A stretch of 53,708 bases of DNA from Bacillota bacterium (GCA_015059375.1 SVAN01000006.1:1-53708); one strand, 5' to 3'. Positions 29,163 through 39,853 are shown, numbered from the stretch's first letter. Notes: generated by a model not told the origin, from the letters alone. Numbers and translations are program-made.

Positions 29163-30215
29163 ATGAATTTTGTAATTAATGATCATAATATAGTTGAAAT
29201 TTTAATCGTAACTTATTTAGTAAGTTTTTTACTGGTTTTTTTAAGCAAAAAATTGGCTTTTCATATTGGGGCAATTGATATGCCAAATGAACGCAAAGTT
29301 CATCAGCGCCCAATGCCAAGACTGGGGGGAATTGCTGTATACGGAGCCTTTTTGTTTGGTTATATAATGTATGGGAGTTTAACAACACAAATGCTTTCAA
29401 TTCTGATTGCTTCTTTTATTATCGTTATGCTTGGCTTAATTGATGACATTAAACCACTAAGAGCTAAAGATAAACTATTAGTACAATTAATCGCAGCATC
29501 CATTGTGGTCTTTTATGGCAAACTTTATTTTTCAGAAATTACACTCTTAGGCTTAACTTTAGTTTTTCCACCAATAGTAAATCAACTGATAGCACTTTTC
29601 TTTATCGTCGGATCAGTTAATGCCATTAATTTAATTGATGGGTTAGACGGTTTGTCTTCTGGAATAAGTTCTATATACTTTACGACAATTTCAATTATCG
29701 CATTTATTTTAAATCAGCAACAAGGATTAGATATCATTCTTTGCTTAATTATGCTTGGTTCTACTTTAGGGTTTTTAACTCATAACTTTCCTCCGGCAAA
29801 AACATTTATTGGGGACTGTGGCAGCACTTTTCTTGGTTTTATGATTGCGGTAATTGCGCTTTTGGGATTTAAGGTGACTACGATTACTTCGTTAGTAATT
29901 CCGCTATTAATATTGGCTATTCCAATTTTTGACACAGCATTTGCTATATTACGTAGACTTCTTAATCACAAAAAAATTGGCGAACCAGATAAACAACATT
30001 TTCATCATCAATTATTAAAAATGAAATTTTCTCCGAGAGTTTCAATTTTAATTATTTATGGAATTAATATTCTGTTTTCAGCGGTATCAATTTTCTATGT
30101 GCTAGGAGATAATAAAGTTGCAATGGTCATTTATATCATATTGATGATTCTATTATTGTATATCGTTATAAATACGGATATTTTGTTTGAACATAAGAAT
30201 AATAAGAGAAAATAG
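29163..30215 (+). CDS. tagO: Undecaprenyl-phosphate GlcNAc-1-phosphate transferase (TagO/WecA/MraY family)
   Basis: RKVH..PMPRLGG, GLIDD, NAINLIDGLDGL, FIGDCGS, DKQHFHH. Confidence 0.9.
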   Translation: MNFVINDHNIVEILIVTYLVSFLLVFLSKKLAFHIGAIDMPNERKVHQRPMPRLGGIAVYGAFLFGYIMYGSLTTQMLSILIASFIIVMLGLIDDIKPLRAKDKLLVQLIAASIVVFYGKLYFSEITLLGLTLVFPPIVNQLIALFFIVGSVNAINLIDGLDGLSSGISSIYFTTISIIAFILNQQQGLDIILCLIMLGSTLGFLTHNFPPAKTFIGDCGSTFLGFMIAVIALLGFKVTTITSLVIPLLILAIPIFDTAFAILRRLLNHKKIGEPDKQHFHHQLLKMKFSPRVSILIIYGINILFSAVSIFYVLGDNKVAMVIYIILMILLLYIVINTDILFEHKNNKRK

Positions 30216-30258
30216 ACAATTAAAAAACGATTTGATAAAATAAAAAACGGTGAAGGCA

Positions 30259-32406
30259 ATGAAGAAATTACTTGAAAAACAAAACTTAATAAAAACAATG
30301 CTGATATTATATACTTTTTCGATTGTTTTAGATTTACATGTTTTTTATAATCGGATTTCAACCCTAATACGGGTGCTTATAATATCGATTTTTTTTGTGA
30401 TTGTTTTTGTTAGGTATGCTACGAGGAAAGAAAGAAAATATTTATTACTATATTTTTTTATGTTGCTCATATATCTTGTTATGCATTTGCTTAATTTAAG
30501 AAATAATAATTTGCTATCAGAATGTTTATATTTTTTGAAAATGCTAATGCCATTAATGTTAGTTTTTACAATTTATAAGTTAGATATTAAATTTGATTGT
30601 TTAAAAAAAGTTGTAAATCCATGTATTCTTTTTATTAGTGGTTCAATAGTTTTATGCAATTTATTTAAACTAGGGTTTTCTTCTTATAGTTTTGGTGCTC
30701 TTCAGGGAAATATTTTTTCATGGTTTCAAGACTCATCATTTGAGTATTATCAAGTTTCTGGCAAAGGATATTTTCATTTAGCTAATCAGATTGTAGCGAT
30801 TATACTTTTATATTTACCAATTATATTGGTTATTTTAAAAGAAAAGTTTAATGGTTATAATTTATTTGTTTTATGTATTGCATTGCTTTCATTACTAATA
30901 ATTGGTAATCGAATATCTTCTTGGGCACCTATAATAGTTATAGTAATAGCTATTTTTTTAGATTTTTTTATTACATTGCTTAAGAAGAATAAAATTGACT
31001 ATAGATTTTTATTGGGTTTGTTATTTTTGGTTTTATGTTATGGATTAATTTTTTCTCAATCTCCAATAATAAAAAGAGAGGGATATTATAATGATTTAGT
31101 ATTTGATGCTCAAAATAACGAATCTAATGAGATAGATGAACAACTTGAAACAATATTATCCGGAACGGTAATTAATATTAATTTTCCTCGTTATTACTAT
31201 CCATATGAAAACGATCCGGAATTTTGGAATAATCTTATTCAATTGCCTGATGAAAGATTGGTTGATTCTCGTTTTATTGAAATTAAAATTGTTCAAAGAA
31301 TTATTGAATTAAATAACAATTATTTTAAAGATCGTTTTTTAGGAATTGGCTATGATCGAATTATTAATATTCAAAATATTGAAAGAGATTATGTGATGCA
31401 ATATTATTCTATAGGGATTATAGGGTGCGTTTTATTTTTAGGTGGTTATTTTGCTTTGTTGTTATATTTAGGATTTAAAATTTTCATTAATTTAGAAAAG
31501 AAGTTTACTTATCGAAACCTAATGCTTTTGATGGGAATTTGCTTAGTTTTATTAGCGGCCTATTTCAGTGGAAATTTATTAAATTCTATTAGTGTAATGA
31601 TTCCACTTTGCTTTGTTTTAGGTGTTACTTTAAATGAAGTCCGAAGAAAAGAACAGTGCTATAATCGGATCCTTGGTTTCAAAGTTTGTTCACTTAGCGA
31701 AGAAGAAATTATTAAAAAATTGGATGGCGAAATATCGCAAGGTAAACAAAATATTATTTTTAATATTAATCCGTTGATTGTTGCCAACTTTTATAAAGAT
31801 TACAAGATTGTTGAAGAGTTTAATAAGGAAAAGTATAATATTCCTGATGGTATTGGTACCGTTTTTGCTTTGAAAATGAAAGATGGTGATGTAACGCAAA
31901 GGATTGCTGGCGTAGATTTAGTAGATAACATAGTGGCTATGGCTGAAAAGCGTAAATATAAGATTTATTTATATGGTTCTAAAGATGGAGTAGCAGTTAA
32001 AGCTAAAGAAGAATTAGAAAAAAAGTATCCGAAAATTAAAATTGTAGGAACATTAAGTGGCTATGAAAAGGAAGCTAAAGCTCTTAAAGATATTGTACAA
32101 AAACAACCTGATATTTTATTTGTAGCTTTAGGTAGTCCTAAACAAGAATTATTTATTATTAATAATAAACGTAAATTAAAAAATATTAAAGTAATTATGC
32201 CCGTTGGTGGTTCTTTAGATGTAATTAGCAATACAGTAAAAAGGGCACCAGAGCAGTATAGTAAATGGCACCTTGAATGGTTATATCGAATGGTAAAAGA
32301 ACCGAAAAGAATTAAGAAAAACCTTAATTTGTTTAAATTTGTTTTTCTAGTATTATTTAGAAATAGTTGGTATAATGAGAAAAAGAATGGAGAAGTTAAT
32401 GATTAA
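30259..32406 (+). CDS. Fusion: O-antigen ligase/Wzy-like polytopic domain + TagA/WecG/CpsF glycosyltransferase
   Basis: About 460-aa multi-TM N-terminus (GYFHLANQI, FLGIGY, ERDY...GIIG) in frame with a TagA-type domain (INP, IPDGIG, RIAGVDL, FVALGSPKQE, VGGSLDV, RAP, LEWLYR). Confidence 0.85.
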   Translation: MKKLLEKQNLIKTMLILYTFSIVLDLHVFYNRISTLIRVLIISIFFVIVFVRYATRKERKYLLLYFFMLLIYLVMHLLNLRNNNLLSECLYFLKMLMPLMLVFTIYKLDIKFDCLKKVVNPCILFISGSIVLCNLFKLGFSSYSFGALQGNIFSWFQDSSFEYYQVSGKGYFHLANQIVAIILLYLPIILVILKEKFNGYNLFVLCIALLSLLIIGNRISSWAPIIVIVIAIFLDFFITLLKKNKIDYRFLLGLLFLVLCYGLIFSQSPIIKREGYYNDLVFDAQNNESNEIDEQLETILSGTVININFPRYYYPYENDPEFWNNLIQLPDERLVDSRFIEIKIVQRIIELNNNYFKDRFLGIGYDRIINIQNIERDYVMQYYSIGIIGCVLFLGGYFALLLYLGFKIFINLEKKFTYRNLMLLMGICLVLLAAYFSGNLLNSISVMIPLCFVLGVTLNEVRRKEQCYNRILGFKVCSLSEEEIIKKLDGEISQGKQNIIFNINPLIVANFYKDYKIVEEFNKEKYNIPDGIGTVFALKMKDGDVTQRIAGVDLVDNIVAMAEKRKYKIYLYGSKDGVAVKAKEELEKKYPKIKIVGTLSGYEKEAKALKDIVQKQPDILFVALGSPKQELFIINNKRKLKNIKVIMPVGGSLDVISNTVKRAPEQYSKWHLEWLYRMVKEPKRIKKNLNLFKFVFLVLFRNSWYNEKKNGEVND

Positions 32407-33184
32407 GAATATACTAATAAATTTTAAGAAATATCAATTTTTGTTATTACAGTTAGTGTCTCGTGACTTTAAAGTGAAATATAAACGAAGCTTTTTAGGA
32501 ATTATTTGGAGTTTGCTTTATCCAATATTAACGATGACCGTAATGGCTTTGGTTTTTACTAATATGTTTAAAATGAGTATGCCTGGTATCAATTATTTGG
32601 TTTATTTAATGTCTGGCTTGGTAATTTTTAACTATTTTAGTGAAGCTTCGAATTTGGCGATGAGCAGTGTAGTTAGTAATTTTTCTTTGATTAATAAGGT
32701 TTATATTCCTAAATATATTTTCCCTTTATCAAAGTGTCTTTTTGTCGGAATTAATTTTCTTTTAACTTTAATTCCTTTGTATGGACTTATCATCATAACA
32801 GGTACAGGCGTAAATGTTTATCATTTATTGCTCCCATTTGTTATCGTATGCTTGTTTTTGTTTACTGTGGGAGTGGGTTTTATCTTATCGACTATTTCAG
32901 TATTTTTAAGAGATGTGTTTTATATATATGGAGTAGTTACAACACTATTACAATATATGACTCCTATTATCTATGATTTTTCGATAATTCCCGAGCATCT
33001 GCAAATAATCTTTAAATGTAACCCATTATATTGGTTTATTTATTTTGCTAGAGATATTATTTTATACAGTAAGGCTCCTAGTATAAATATTTGGTTTTAT
33101 TGTTTTGTTTTTGCTTTGGGAACTTTATTAATAGGAATTCTAGTATTTAAGAAGAATCAAGATAAATTTATTTATTATGTATAG
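32399..33184 (+). CDS. Polysaccharide/teichoic acid ABC exporter permease (TagG/Wzm)
   Basis: RDFKVKYKRSFLGIIWSLLYP, LINKVYIP, TPIIY, NPLY. Confidence 0.92.
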   Translation: MIKNILINFKKYQFLLLQLVSRDFKVKYKRSFLGIIWSLLYPILTMTVMALVFTNMFKMSMPGINYLVYLMSGLVIFNYFSEASNLAMSSVVSNFSLINKVYIPKYIFPLSKCLFVGINFLLTLIPLYGLIIITGTGVNVYHLLLPFVIVCLFLFTVGVGFILSTISVFLRDVFYIYGVVTTLLQYMTPIIYDFSIIPEHLQIIFKCNPLYWFIYFARDIILYSKAPSINIWFYCFVFALGTLLIGILVFKKNQDKFIYYV

Positions 33185-33192
33185 GTGATGTT

Positions 33193-33957
33193 ATGAAGCA
33201 AGAGAATGTAATGATTAAAATTAATGATGTATCGATGAGATTTAATTTAGGTATTGAAAAGGGTTTTTCACTAAAACAAGGATTTGTTGACTTTTTTGAT
33301 TTTAAAAGACGAAAAGAAAAGAAATCTCGTAAAAATGAATTTTGGGCCCTTAGTAATGTGTCTTTCAAAGTGAAAAAGGGTGAGGTTATTGGCTTTATTG
33401 GTAGTAATGGCGCTGGTAAGTCCACTCTTTTGAAAATCGTAGCTGGAGTGATGAAACCCACGCAAGGGAAAATCGATGTGTATGGAAATATTTGTCCAAT
33501 GATTGAACTTGGTGCTGGTTTTGATATGGATTTAACTGCGCGAGAAAATATCTATTTAAATGGCGCTGTAATGGGGTACTCAAAAGATTTTATTGATTCA
33601 AAGTTTGAAGAAATTGTGGATTTTTCAGAACTTAGAGAGTTTCTCGATGTTCCAGTAAAAAATTTTTCTTCGGGAATGGTTGCTAGACTAGCTTTTAGTG
33701 TAGCAACGGTAGTTGATCCAGAAATTTTAATTGTTGATGAAATATTATCAGTTGGTGATATTGCATTCCAAGGCAAAAGTGAACAAAAAATGTTAAGTAT
33801 GATAAATGGAGGAACGACGGTTCTATTTGTGTCGCATAGTATTGAACAAATTAAAAAACTATGTGATAAAGTTGTTTGGTTAGATCATGGGGTAGTTCAA
33901 AAAATTGGTGGTAAAGAAGTTTGCGATGAATATTTACGATCTGTGGGAGCAGTGTAA
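33193..33957 (+). CDS. Polysaccharide ABC exporter ATPase (TagH/Wzt, no C-terminal glycan-binding domain)
   Basis: FWALSNVSF, GSNGAGKST, FSSGMVARLAF, VDEILSVGD. Confidence 0.93.
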   Translation: MKQENVMIKINDVSMRFNLGIEKGFSLKQGFVDFFDFKRRKEKKSRKNEFWALSNVSFKVKKGEVIGFIGSNGAGKSTLLKIVAGVMKPTQGKIDVYGNICPMIELGAGFDMDLTARENIYLNGAVMGYSKDFIDSKFEEIVDFSELREFLDVPVKNFSSGMVARLAFSVATVVDPEILIVDEILSVGDIAFQGKSEQKMLSMINGGTTVLFVSHSIEQIKKLCDKVVWLDHGVVQKIGGKEVCDEYLRSVGAV

Positions 33958-33960
33958 TTA

Positions 33961-35055
33961 GTGAAAAAACTATTGTTTACCGCTAAAAATATGCATATTG
34001 GCGGAATGGAAAAAGCTCTAGTAATATTATTAAATAATTTAGTTAAAGAATATCGAATAACTCTTTTGCTTGAAGAAAATGATGGTGTATTAAAAAAAAT
34101 GCTTAATTCCAAAATTAAAATTGAGGAATATAAAGTATCTAATAATAAAAATATTATTATTCGAAAGGGATGTAATTTTTTAAAAAGATTTTGTTGGACT
34201 CTACGGAACTATCATCGCTATGATTTTAGTTGTTCTTATGCTACTTATTCTGTTATTGGTGCTCGTTTAGCTCTTAAGGGTTCTAAAAATTCTACACTAT
34301 ATGTTCATAGTAATTATTATGGTTATTATGATGGCGATAAAGAACGAATATTAGATTTTTTTAAAATGCTTAATTACCAAAGTTTTAAAAAAATGATTTT
34401 TGTCTCTAATGAAAGTTTTAATTTAGTGAAAGAAATTCTGGATATTGATGATAAGAAAGGTGCAGTAATAAATAATTTAGTTAATGTAAAAGAAATATTA
34501 GATGCTACCTTAGAAAAAAGTGATTTAACAATTTTTGAATCGAGCAATATTAATGTGTTATTTGTAGGAAGGTTAGACAATACCTCTAAAAATTTTGATT
34601 TGTTACTTGATAGTTTTGCCAAAGTAAAGAATAATTCGGTAAGATTATTTATATTAGGTGATGGCGATTATAAAACTAATATTATTTCGAAAATTAAACA
34701 ATTGAACTTAGAAAATAAAGTCACTTTATTAGGAGAAAAAATAAACCCTTATCCATATATGAAGTATTGTGATGCTCTAATTTTAACTTCGAAATATGAA
34801 GGCTTTCCACTTGTTTATACCGAAGCGTTAGTTTTAAATAAAAAGCTTATTACAACTGTTCCTGTTAGTGATTCTCTTCTGGATATTAAAAAGTACTTTG
34901 AATGTGTTGATGCCAATAGCGAAGATATAAGTATTGCTATCGACAATTTAACAAAGGAAAAAATTGACTACTACGTTGATTTTGACCAAATTAACAAAGC
35001 AAATTTGCAGAAATTGAAAAAATTGATTGAGGGAGACGGCAAAAATGAAAAATAA
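33961..35055 (+). CDS. GT4-type glycosyltransferase
   Basis: GGMEKAL, FVGRL...KNFD, NPYPYM, SKYEGFPLVYTEA. Confidence 0.88.
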   Translation: MKKLLFTAKNMHIGGMEKALVILLNNLVKEYRITLLLEENDGVLKKMLNSKIKIEEYKVSNNKNIIIRKGCNFLKRFCWTLRNYHRYDFSCSYATYSVIGARLALKGSKNSTLYVHSNYYGYYDGDKERILDFFKMLNYQSFKKMIFVSNESFNLVKEILDIDDKKGAVINNLVNVKEILDATLEKSDLTIFESSNINVLFVGRLDNTSKNFDLLLDSFAKVKNNSVRLFILGDGDYKTNIISKIKQLNLENKVTLLGEKINPYPYMKYCDALILTSKYEGFPLVYTEALVLNKKLITTVPVSDSLLDIKKYFECVDANSEDISIAIDNLTKEKIDYYVDFDQINKANLQKLKKLIEGDGKNEK

Positions 35056-36574
35056 TCTAAACAATTCATACTTAAAAGTTATTGCAGGCTATATTAGTGA
35101 AATGTATTTACCTAGTATAAGTGCTATGGAAATATTTGAAATAGCTTCTACACTGGAACAAACAAGCATGCAGGATATATTTGAAAAGATATATATAATA
35201 TATAAGAATGATATAAAGGTACCTAAGAACGACTATTTAAATATGATTAATAAAATATATTTTTATTTAGCCGATAACAATATAAGTGTTTTCGAAGAAG
35301 ATTTAGATAATAAAAAGGTATTGAGTTTAATTAATAATGAAATCCGGCAAAAAGATTGTTATTTATTCGAAAAAATAACTTATCCATTATTCTTATTTAC
35401 GAAAAATTTATATTTTGAACTTATAAAAAACGGTGCTCAAAAAGTTTATTTTTTTTCTAGAGAAGGTCAATTTATGAAAAAAATTTTTGAAGCATTTCAA
35501 GAACAGATGTGTGGTCCTAAAGTAAAAACCGAATATTTATATGTTTCTAGAGCGTCAACCTTTTTAGGAACATTGAATTCAATTGATAAAGAGAACTTTC
35601 AGGCATTATTTAATCAATATCCCAAAATGTCTATTAAAACTTTTTTACAAAATCTAGATTTTACAGATGATGAAATTACTAATTTGAACAAAAAAATAGA
35701 TCTTGATTTTTGTTTGAAAATTGAGAATATACAGAAATCTGAAGCTCTGAAAAAAGTGAAATCTGATAAAACTTTTGTGGAGTTATATAATACTAAAAGG
35801 AAGAATGCTAAAAATTCTTTTATCAAATATCTTTCCAGCTTTGGTGAAGATTATCAAAAAGAACTGTATGTAGTTGATGTTGGCTGGAAAGGGACTATTC
35901 AAAATAATCTTCAGAAAATATTAACTAAAACAAAAATTCATGGTTATTATTTAGGTTTAGTTCATTATGATAAAATTGAAGATTATGAATTCAAAAATAG
36001 TTGTTTATTTGAATATAGCATAGAAAATAAAACAAATAATGGAATTTTATATAATAGTAATCGATCAATATTTGAGGTTCTTTTATCTGCAGATCATGGT
36101 AGTACAAAAAATTATGAAATCCATAATGATAAAGCAGTACCAGTTTTAAATAATCAAGTTAAGGAACAAGAACTATATGTAGAAAAAATAAAACCAATTC
36201 AAGAGAACATCTACGAAAAGTTTGTAAAAATTTCTGAAATACTAAAATATGGTTATTTTGATAAAATGTATGTTGAGAAACTAATGAATAAACAATTTTT
36301 TAAGTTAATGTTTAAGCCTTCGAAAGCAGAGGTTAATGAATATAATTCGTTTTATCATTTTGAAAACTTTGGCGTAATGAATTATTCGCGTTTTAATACT
36401 GCCAAAAAAGTTACATTAAAACAAAAAATCAAAAATTATCGTCATTTTCGTACTTTTATTCAAAATGATGATTCGTGGCAGTATTTAAAATTACATAATA
36501 ATAAAATGGTTTTAGGTAAAATAGTGTTATATTTTTATAAAAAAGCACGATTTAAAAAAATGGGAGTTATTTAA
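35045..36574 (+). CDS. Glycan phosphoribosyltransferase-like protein lacking the HAD phosphatase domain
   Basis: FFSREG, YLYVSR, VDVGWKGTIQ, GYYLG and FEVLLSADHGS parallel the C-terminal domain of 37828..39849; no DxD HAD motif. Confidence 0.65.
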   Translation: MKNNLNNSYLKVIAGYISEMYLPSISAMEIFEIASTLEQTSMQDIFEKIYIIYKNDIKVPKNDYLNMINKIYFYLADNNISVFEEDLDNKKVLSLINNEIRQKDCYLFEKITYPLFLFTKNLYFELIKNGAQKVYFFSREGQFMKKIFEAFQEQMCGPKVKTEYLYVSRASTFLGTLNSIDKENFQALFNQYPKMSIKTFLQNLDFTDDEITNLNKKIDLDFCLKIENIQKSEALKKVKSDKTFVELYNTKRKNAKNSFIKYLSSFGEDYQKELYVVDVGWKGTIQNNLQKILTKTKIHGYYLGLVHYDKIEDYEFKNSCLFEYSIENKTNNGILYNSNRSIFEVLLSADHGSTKNYEIHNDKAVPVLNNQVKEQELYVEKIKPIQENIYEKFVKISEILKYGYFDKMYVEKLMNKQFFKLMFKPSKAEVNEYNSFYHFENFGVMNYSRFNTAKKVTLKQKIKNYRHFRTFIQNDDSWQYLKLHNNKMVLGKIVLYFYKKARFKKMGVI

Positions 36575-36588
36575 AAAGAGAGGTATAA

Positions 36589-37755
36589 ATGAAGATAGTT
36601 TTTTTACTTGGAAATCCGGATATAGGTGGGGGAACATATGTAATATACCAGCATGCATTAAAATGCTTGGATGAAAATAATGAAGTTACAATAGTTACAG
36701 ATGAGGTCGTTACTCCCAAAAGAATTGCATGGCATAAAGGTGCAGAAAGATTAACTTTTAAAAAATATAAAGATGTTGAAAATGAAGAGTTTGATGTAGC
36801 GATAGCAACCTGGTGGAGAACAATTTATGAACTTCCCAAAATAAAAGCCAAGTCATATATATACTTTGTTCAATCGATTGAATCAAAATTTTATGAAGAG
36901 CAGGAATTAAAATGGTTAGTCGAAGCAACGTATACTTTGCCTTTATCGATTATAACGGAAGCAACTTGGATTAAAAAATATCTAGAAACTAATTATGCCC
37001 TCGACGTTAAATTAGTAAGAAATGGAATTCGCAAAGATATCTATTTAAAACAAGGCGAAGTCTATCCAAAACCGAAAGAAAACTTTCGCGTTTTAATCGA
37101 AGGCCCAGTCGACGTGCCTTTCAAAAATGTGCCATCAACAGTAAATCTTGTTAAAAAGAGCAAAGCTGATGAAATTTGGCTTTTAACGTCATCTGACATA
37201 AAGGAATATCCAGGCGTAGACAAAGTTTTTTCAAGAATGCCAATTAGTGAGTGTGCCAAAATTTATCGTTCATGTGATGTTATTGTAAAATTAAGTTATG
37301 TAGAGGGAATGTTTGGACCACCTTTAGAAATGTTTCATTGCGGGGGAACTGCAATTACCTATGATGTAACGGGCCATGATGAGTATCTAAAAAGTGAATA
37401 TAACTCTTTAATTGTAGCTACGGACGATGAAGACGGGGTAATTAAGTCAATTAATAGATTATATGATAATCGCCAATTATTAGAAAAATTAAAAGCAAAT
37501 GCTCAAAAAACAGCAGACAAGTGGCCAGATTGGGATGATTCTTCGTCAGAGTTTTATGAAGCTGTTAAAAAATATAGTAAGATAAAGATAAATTCTAAAT
37601 GGCTAAATGCGAATATTATTTTTCACGGAAAAACATATCAAAGATATCAGGAAATGAATATTTCTACTAAAACTAAAATTGGCAATTTTCTGCGAAATAA
37701 GCTTCCATTCTTATATAAAATATATCGGCTTTTAAGGTATGGAAAAGTCAGGTGA
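36589..37755 (+). CDS. GT4-type glycosyltransferase (WsaF-like)
   Basis: GGGTYVIYQHA, IATWWRT, YFVQSIE, EGMFGPPLEMFHCG. Confidence 0.82.
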   Translation: MKIVFLLGNPDIGGGTYVIYQHALKCLDENNEVTIVTDEVVTPKRIAWHKGAERLTFKKYKDVENEEFDVAIATWWRTIYELPKIKAKSYIYFVQSIESKFYEEQELKWLVEATYTLPLSIITEATWIKKYLETNYALDVKLVRNGIRKDIYLKQGEVYPKPKENFRVLIEGPVDVPFKNVPSTVNLVKKSKADEIWLLTSSDIKEYPGVDKVFSRMPISECAKIYRSCDVIVKLSYVEGMFGPPLEMFHCGGTAITYDVTGHDEYLKSEYNSLIVATDDEDGVIKSINRLYDNRQLLEKLKANAQKTADKWPDWDDSSSEFYEAVKKYSKIKINSKWLNANIIFHGKTYQRYQEMNISTKTKIGNFLRNKLPFLYKIYRLLRYGKVR

Positions 37756-37827
37756 AATCAGAGCTGAAAAAATTACGTTGATTTTGTGAAGATACGTGAT
37801 ATAATTAAAAGCAGCGAGGGAAGAAGT

Positions 37828-39849
37828 ATGAAAGAATACGATAAATTAATAAAACTTATTGATGAAAAGGATATTGTTTCGTTTGATATTTTTGATACAT
37901 TATTACTTAGAAATGTCCAAAGACCAGTTGATATATTTAGAATTTTAGAAAAATTAGTCAAGGAAAAATATGGAATTGACGATTTTTTTGTGACAAGAAC
38001 TACATGTGAAAACGAATCACGAACAATTGAAAATAATTATGAAACAACATTAGATGAAATATATAACCATATTCCTATTAAAAGCAAAAAGATTAAAAAT
38101 GAAATAAAAGAATTAGAGTTGAAATTAGAAGATGATTTTTTAATAGCTAATCCTTTTATGCAAAAAGTATATAATTATTGCAAGAAAAAAGGGAAGAATA
38201 TAGTATGTATTTCTGATATGTATTTACCATTATCTTTTATTGAATCTGTTTTGGAAAAAAATGGTTATAAAGGCGTTAAAGTTTATCTTTCTTGTGTTCA
38301 TAAAAAATACAAAGGAAATGGATCTTTATATGAGGAAGTTTGCAAACTTGAAAATTTTGATAAAAGCAAATGGATTCATATAGGAGATAATTATGATTCT
38401 GATTATGTTCAAGCAACGTTGTTTGGAATTAGTGCCTTTCATTATCCAAAAGTATTAGAGCGAAGTGATGTTAATGGTGAAATGACTTCGATTGCAAGTA
38501 CAATTATTAACGCAATTCGTAATAATGAAGTAAATAATGGTCTTGAAGTTTCATATTGGAAAAAGTTTGGAGTATTAAATGCTTCAGGAATTTATTTTGC
38601 TTTTGCCAATTGGATATATCAAAGATCAATTGATCATGATAATGTTTATTTCTTATCTAGAGATGGATATATTGTTAAAAAAGTATTTGATTTAATTGCT
38701 AAAAAAGAAAAATTTGCGATTGATTCTAGATATTTGTATACATCACGTCGAGCAATTCAATTACCAATGCTTACATTCGAAAAAAAGACATATGCCATTG
38801 ATACTTTAGCTTCTATTAATCGTGGTTTAAATGAAAAGATGAAGATTAAGAATGTATTCAAATATTTTGATATGGATACAAAAAAGTATGAGGGTTTAAT
38901 TAAAAAATATGGTTTTAAATCTTTTGATCAAGAGATTGAAGACTATAATTTCTTAACATTTAAACAAATGCTTTCTGAGATTTATAGCGATTTTCAATAC
39001 GAAATGGATAAAAGAGTTAATTTAATAAAAAAATATTTAAAACAAGAGAATATTAATGATTATAAAAAAGTGTTTATGGTTGACATCGGTTGGCGTGGTA
39101 GCGTTCAATATGCATTGGATAAAGTAATTGATCAAGAAGTATTTGGCTATTATTTCTGCACAAATCCATTTGTATATCCTGATATTTTTTATAATACACA
39201 AGGCTTTATGATTAATTATGGGAATCCAGCTTGGTTAGAACAAGATGTATTTAGAAATATTATGTTATATGAATTTTTATTTTCTGCACCTGAGGGTTCA
39301 TTAAAGGGATTTGAAGAAAAGAATAAAAAAATAGTTCCAGTTTTAGATAACAAGAATGACTATTTAAAAGAAATTGCTGAATTACAAGACTCCGCTTTAG
39401 AAGTTGTTGATAAATTTATGCAATATTATGATTATGTTAAAGACATTTCTGCAGAAGAAGCCGTATGGCCATATCGCAATTTCATTATGAATAAAAAATA
39501 TGAAGATTTAGTAATGTTTAGTAAATTAGAAACAAACGTAGGTTATGCTGGAGACAGTTATAGTTTTATTCCAACTTTTACTAAACAAGAAATTGAAGAA
39601 AATGTGCCAAGATTTATGGATGAAATTAATCGGGCAATGTGGAATGGGACTTTCCTAGTTAAAGAAATTAATAGTGCTGAAGATTATGAAGAATATAAGA
39701 AAAAAATATTTAGTACTTTTAATAAAATAACACTGCATGATATATGTACATATCCGAACTTTAAAAAAGCAGTAAAACATCCTAGAAAAGCTGTAAGAAA
39801 ATTAAAGGAAATAGCAGATTATAATAAAACTGGTGGTTTCATTAAATAA
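37828..39849 (+). CDS. HAD phosphatase + phosphoribosyltransferase-like dual-domain protein (probable ribofuranosyltransferase)
   Basis: SFDIFDTLLLR, ISDMYL, K, HIGDNYDSD (HAD motifs I-IV), then FLSRDG, YLYTSR, VDIGWRGSVQ, EFLFSAPEGS. Confidence 0.75.
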   Translation: MKEYDKLIKLIDEKDIVSFDIFDTLLLRNVQRPVDIFRILEKLVKEKYGIDDFFVTRTTCENESRTIENNYETTLDEIYNHIPIKSKKIKNEIKELELKLEDDFLIANPFMQKVYNYCKKKGKNIVCISDMYLPLSFIESVLEKNGYKGVKVYLSCVHKKYKGNGSLYEEVCKLENFDKSKWIHIGDNYDSDYVQATLFGISAFHYPKVLERSDVNGEMTSIASTIINAIRNNEVNNGLEVSYWKKFGVLNASGIYFAFANWIYQRSIDHDNVYFLSRDGYIVKKVFDLIAKKEKFAIDSRYLYTSRRAIQLPMLTFEKKTYAIDTLASINRGLNEKMKIKNVFKYFDMDTKKYEGLIKKYGFKSFDQEIEDYNFLTFKQMLSEIYSDFQYEMDKRVNLIKKYLKQENINDYKKVFMVDIGWRGSVQYALDKVIDQEVFGYYFCTNPFVYPDIFYNTQGFMINYGNPAWLEQDVFRNIMLYEFLFSAPEGSLKGFEEKNKKIVPVLDNKNDYLKEIAELQDSALEVVDKFMQYYDYVKDISAEEAVWPYRNFIMNKKYEDLVMFSKLETNVGYAGDSYSFIPTFTKQEIEENVPRFMDEINRAMWNGTFLVKEINSAEDYEEYKKKIFSTFNKITLHDICTYPNFKKAVKHPRKAVRKLKEIADYNKTGGFIK

Positions 39850-39853
39850 GAAT

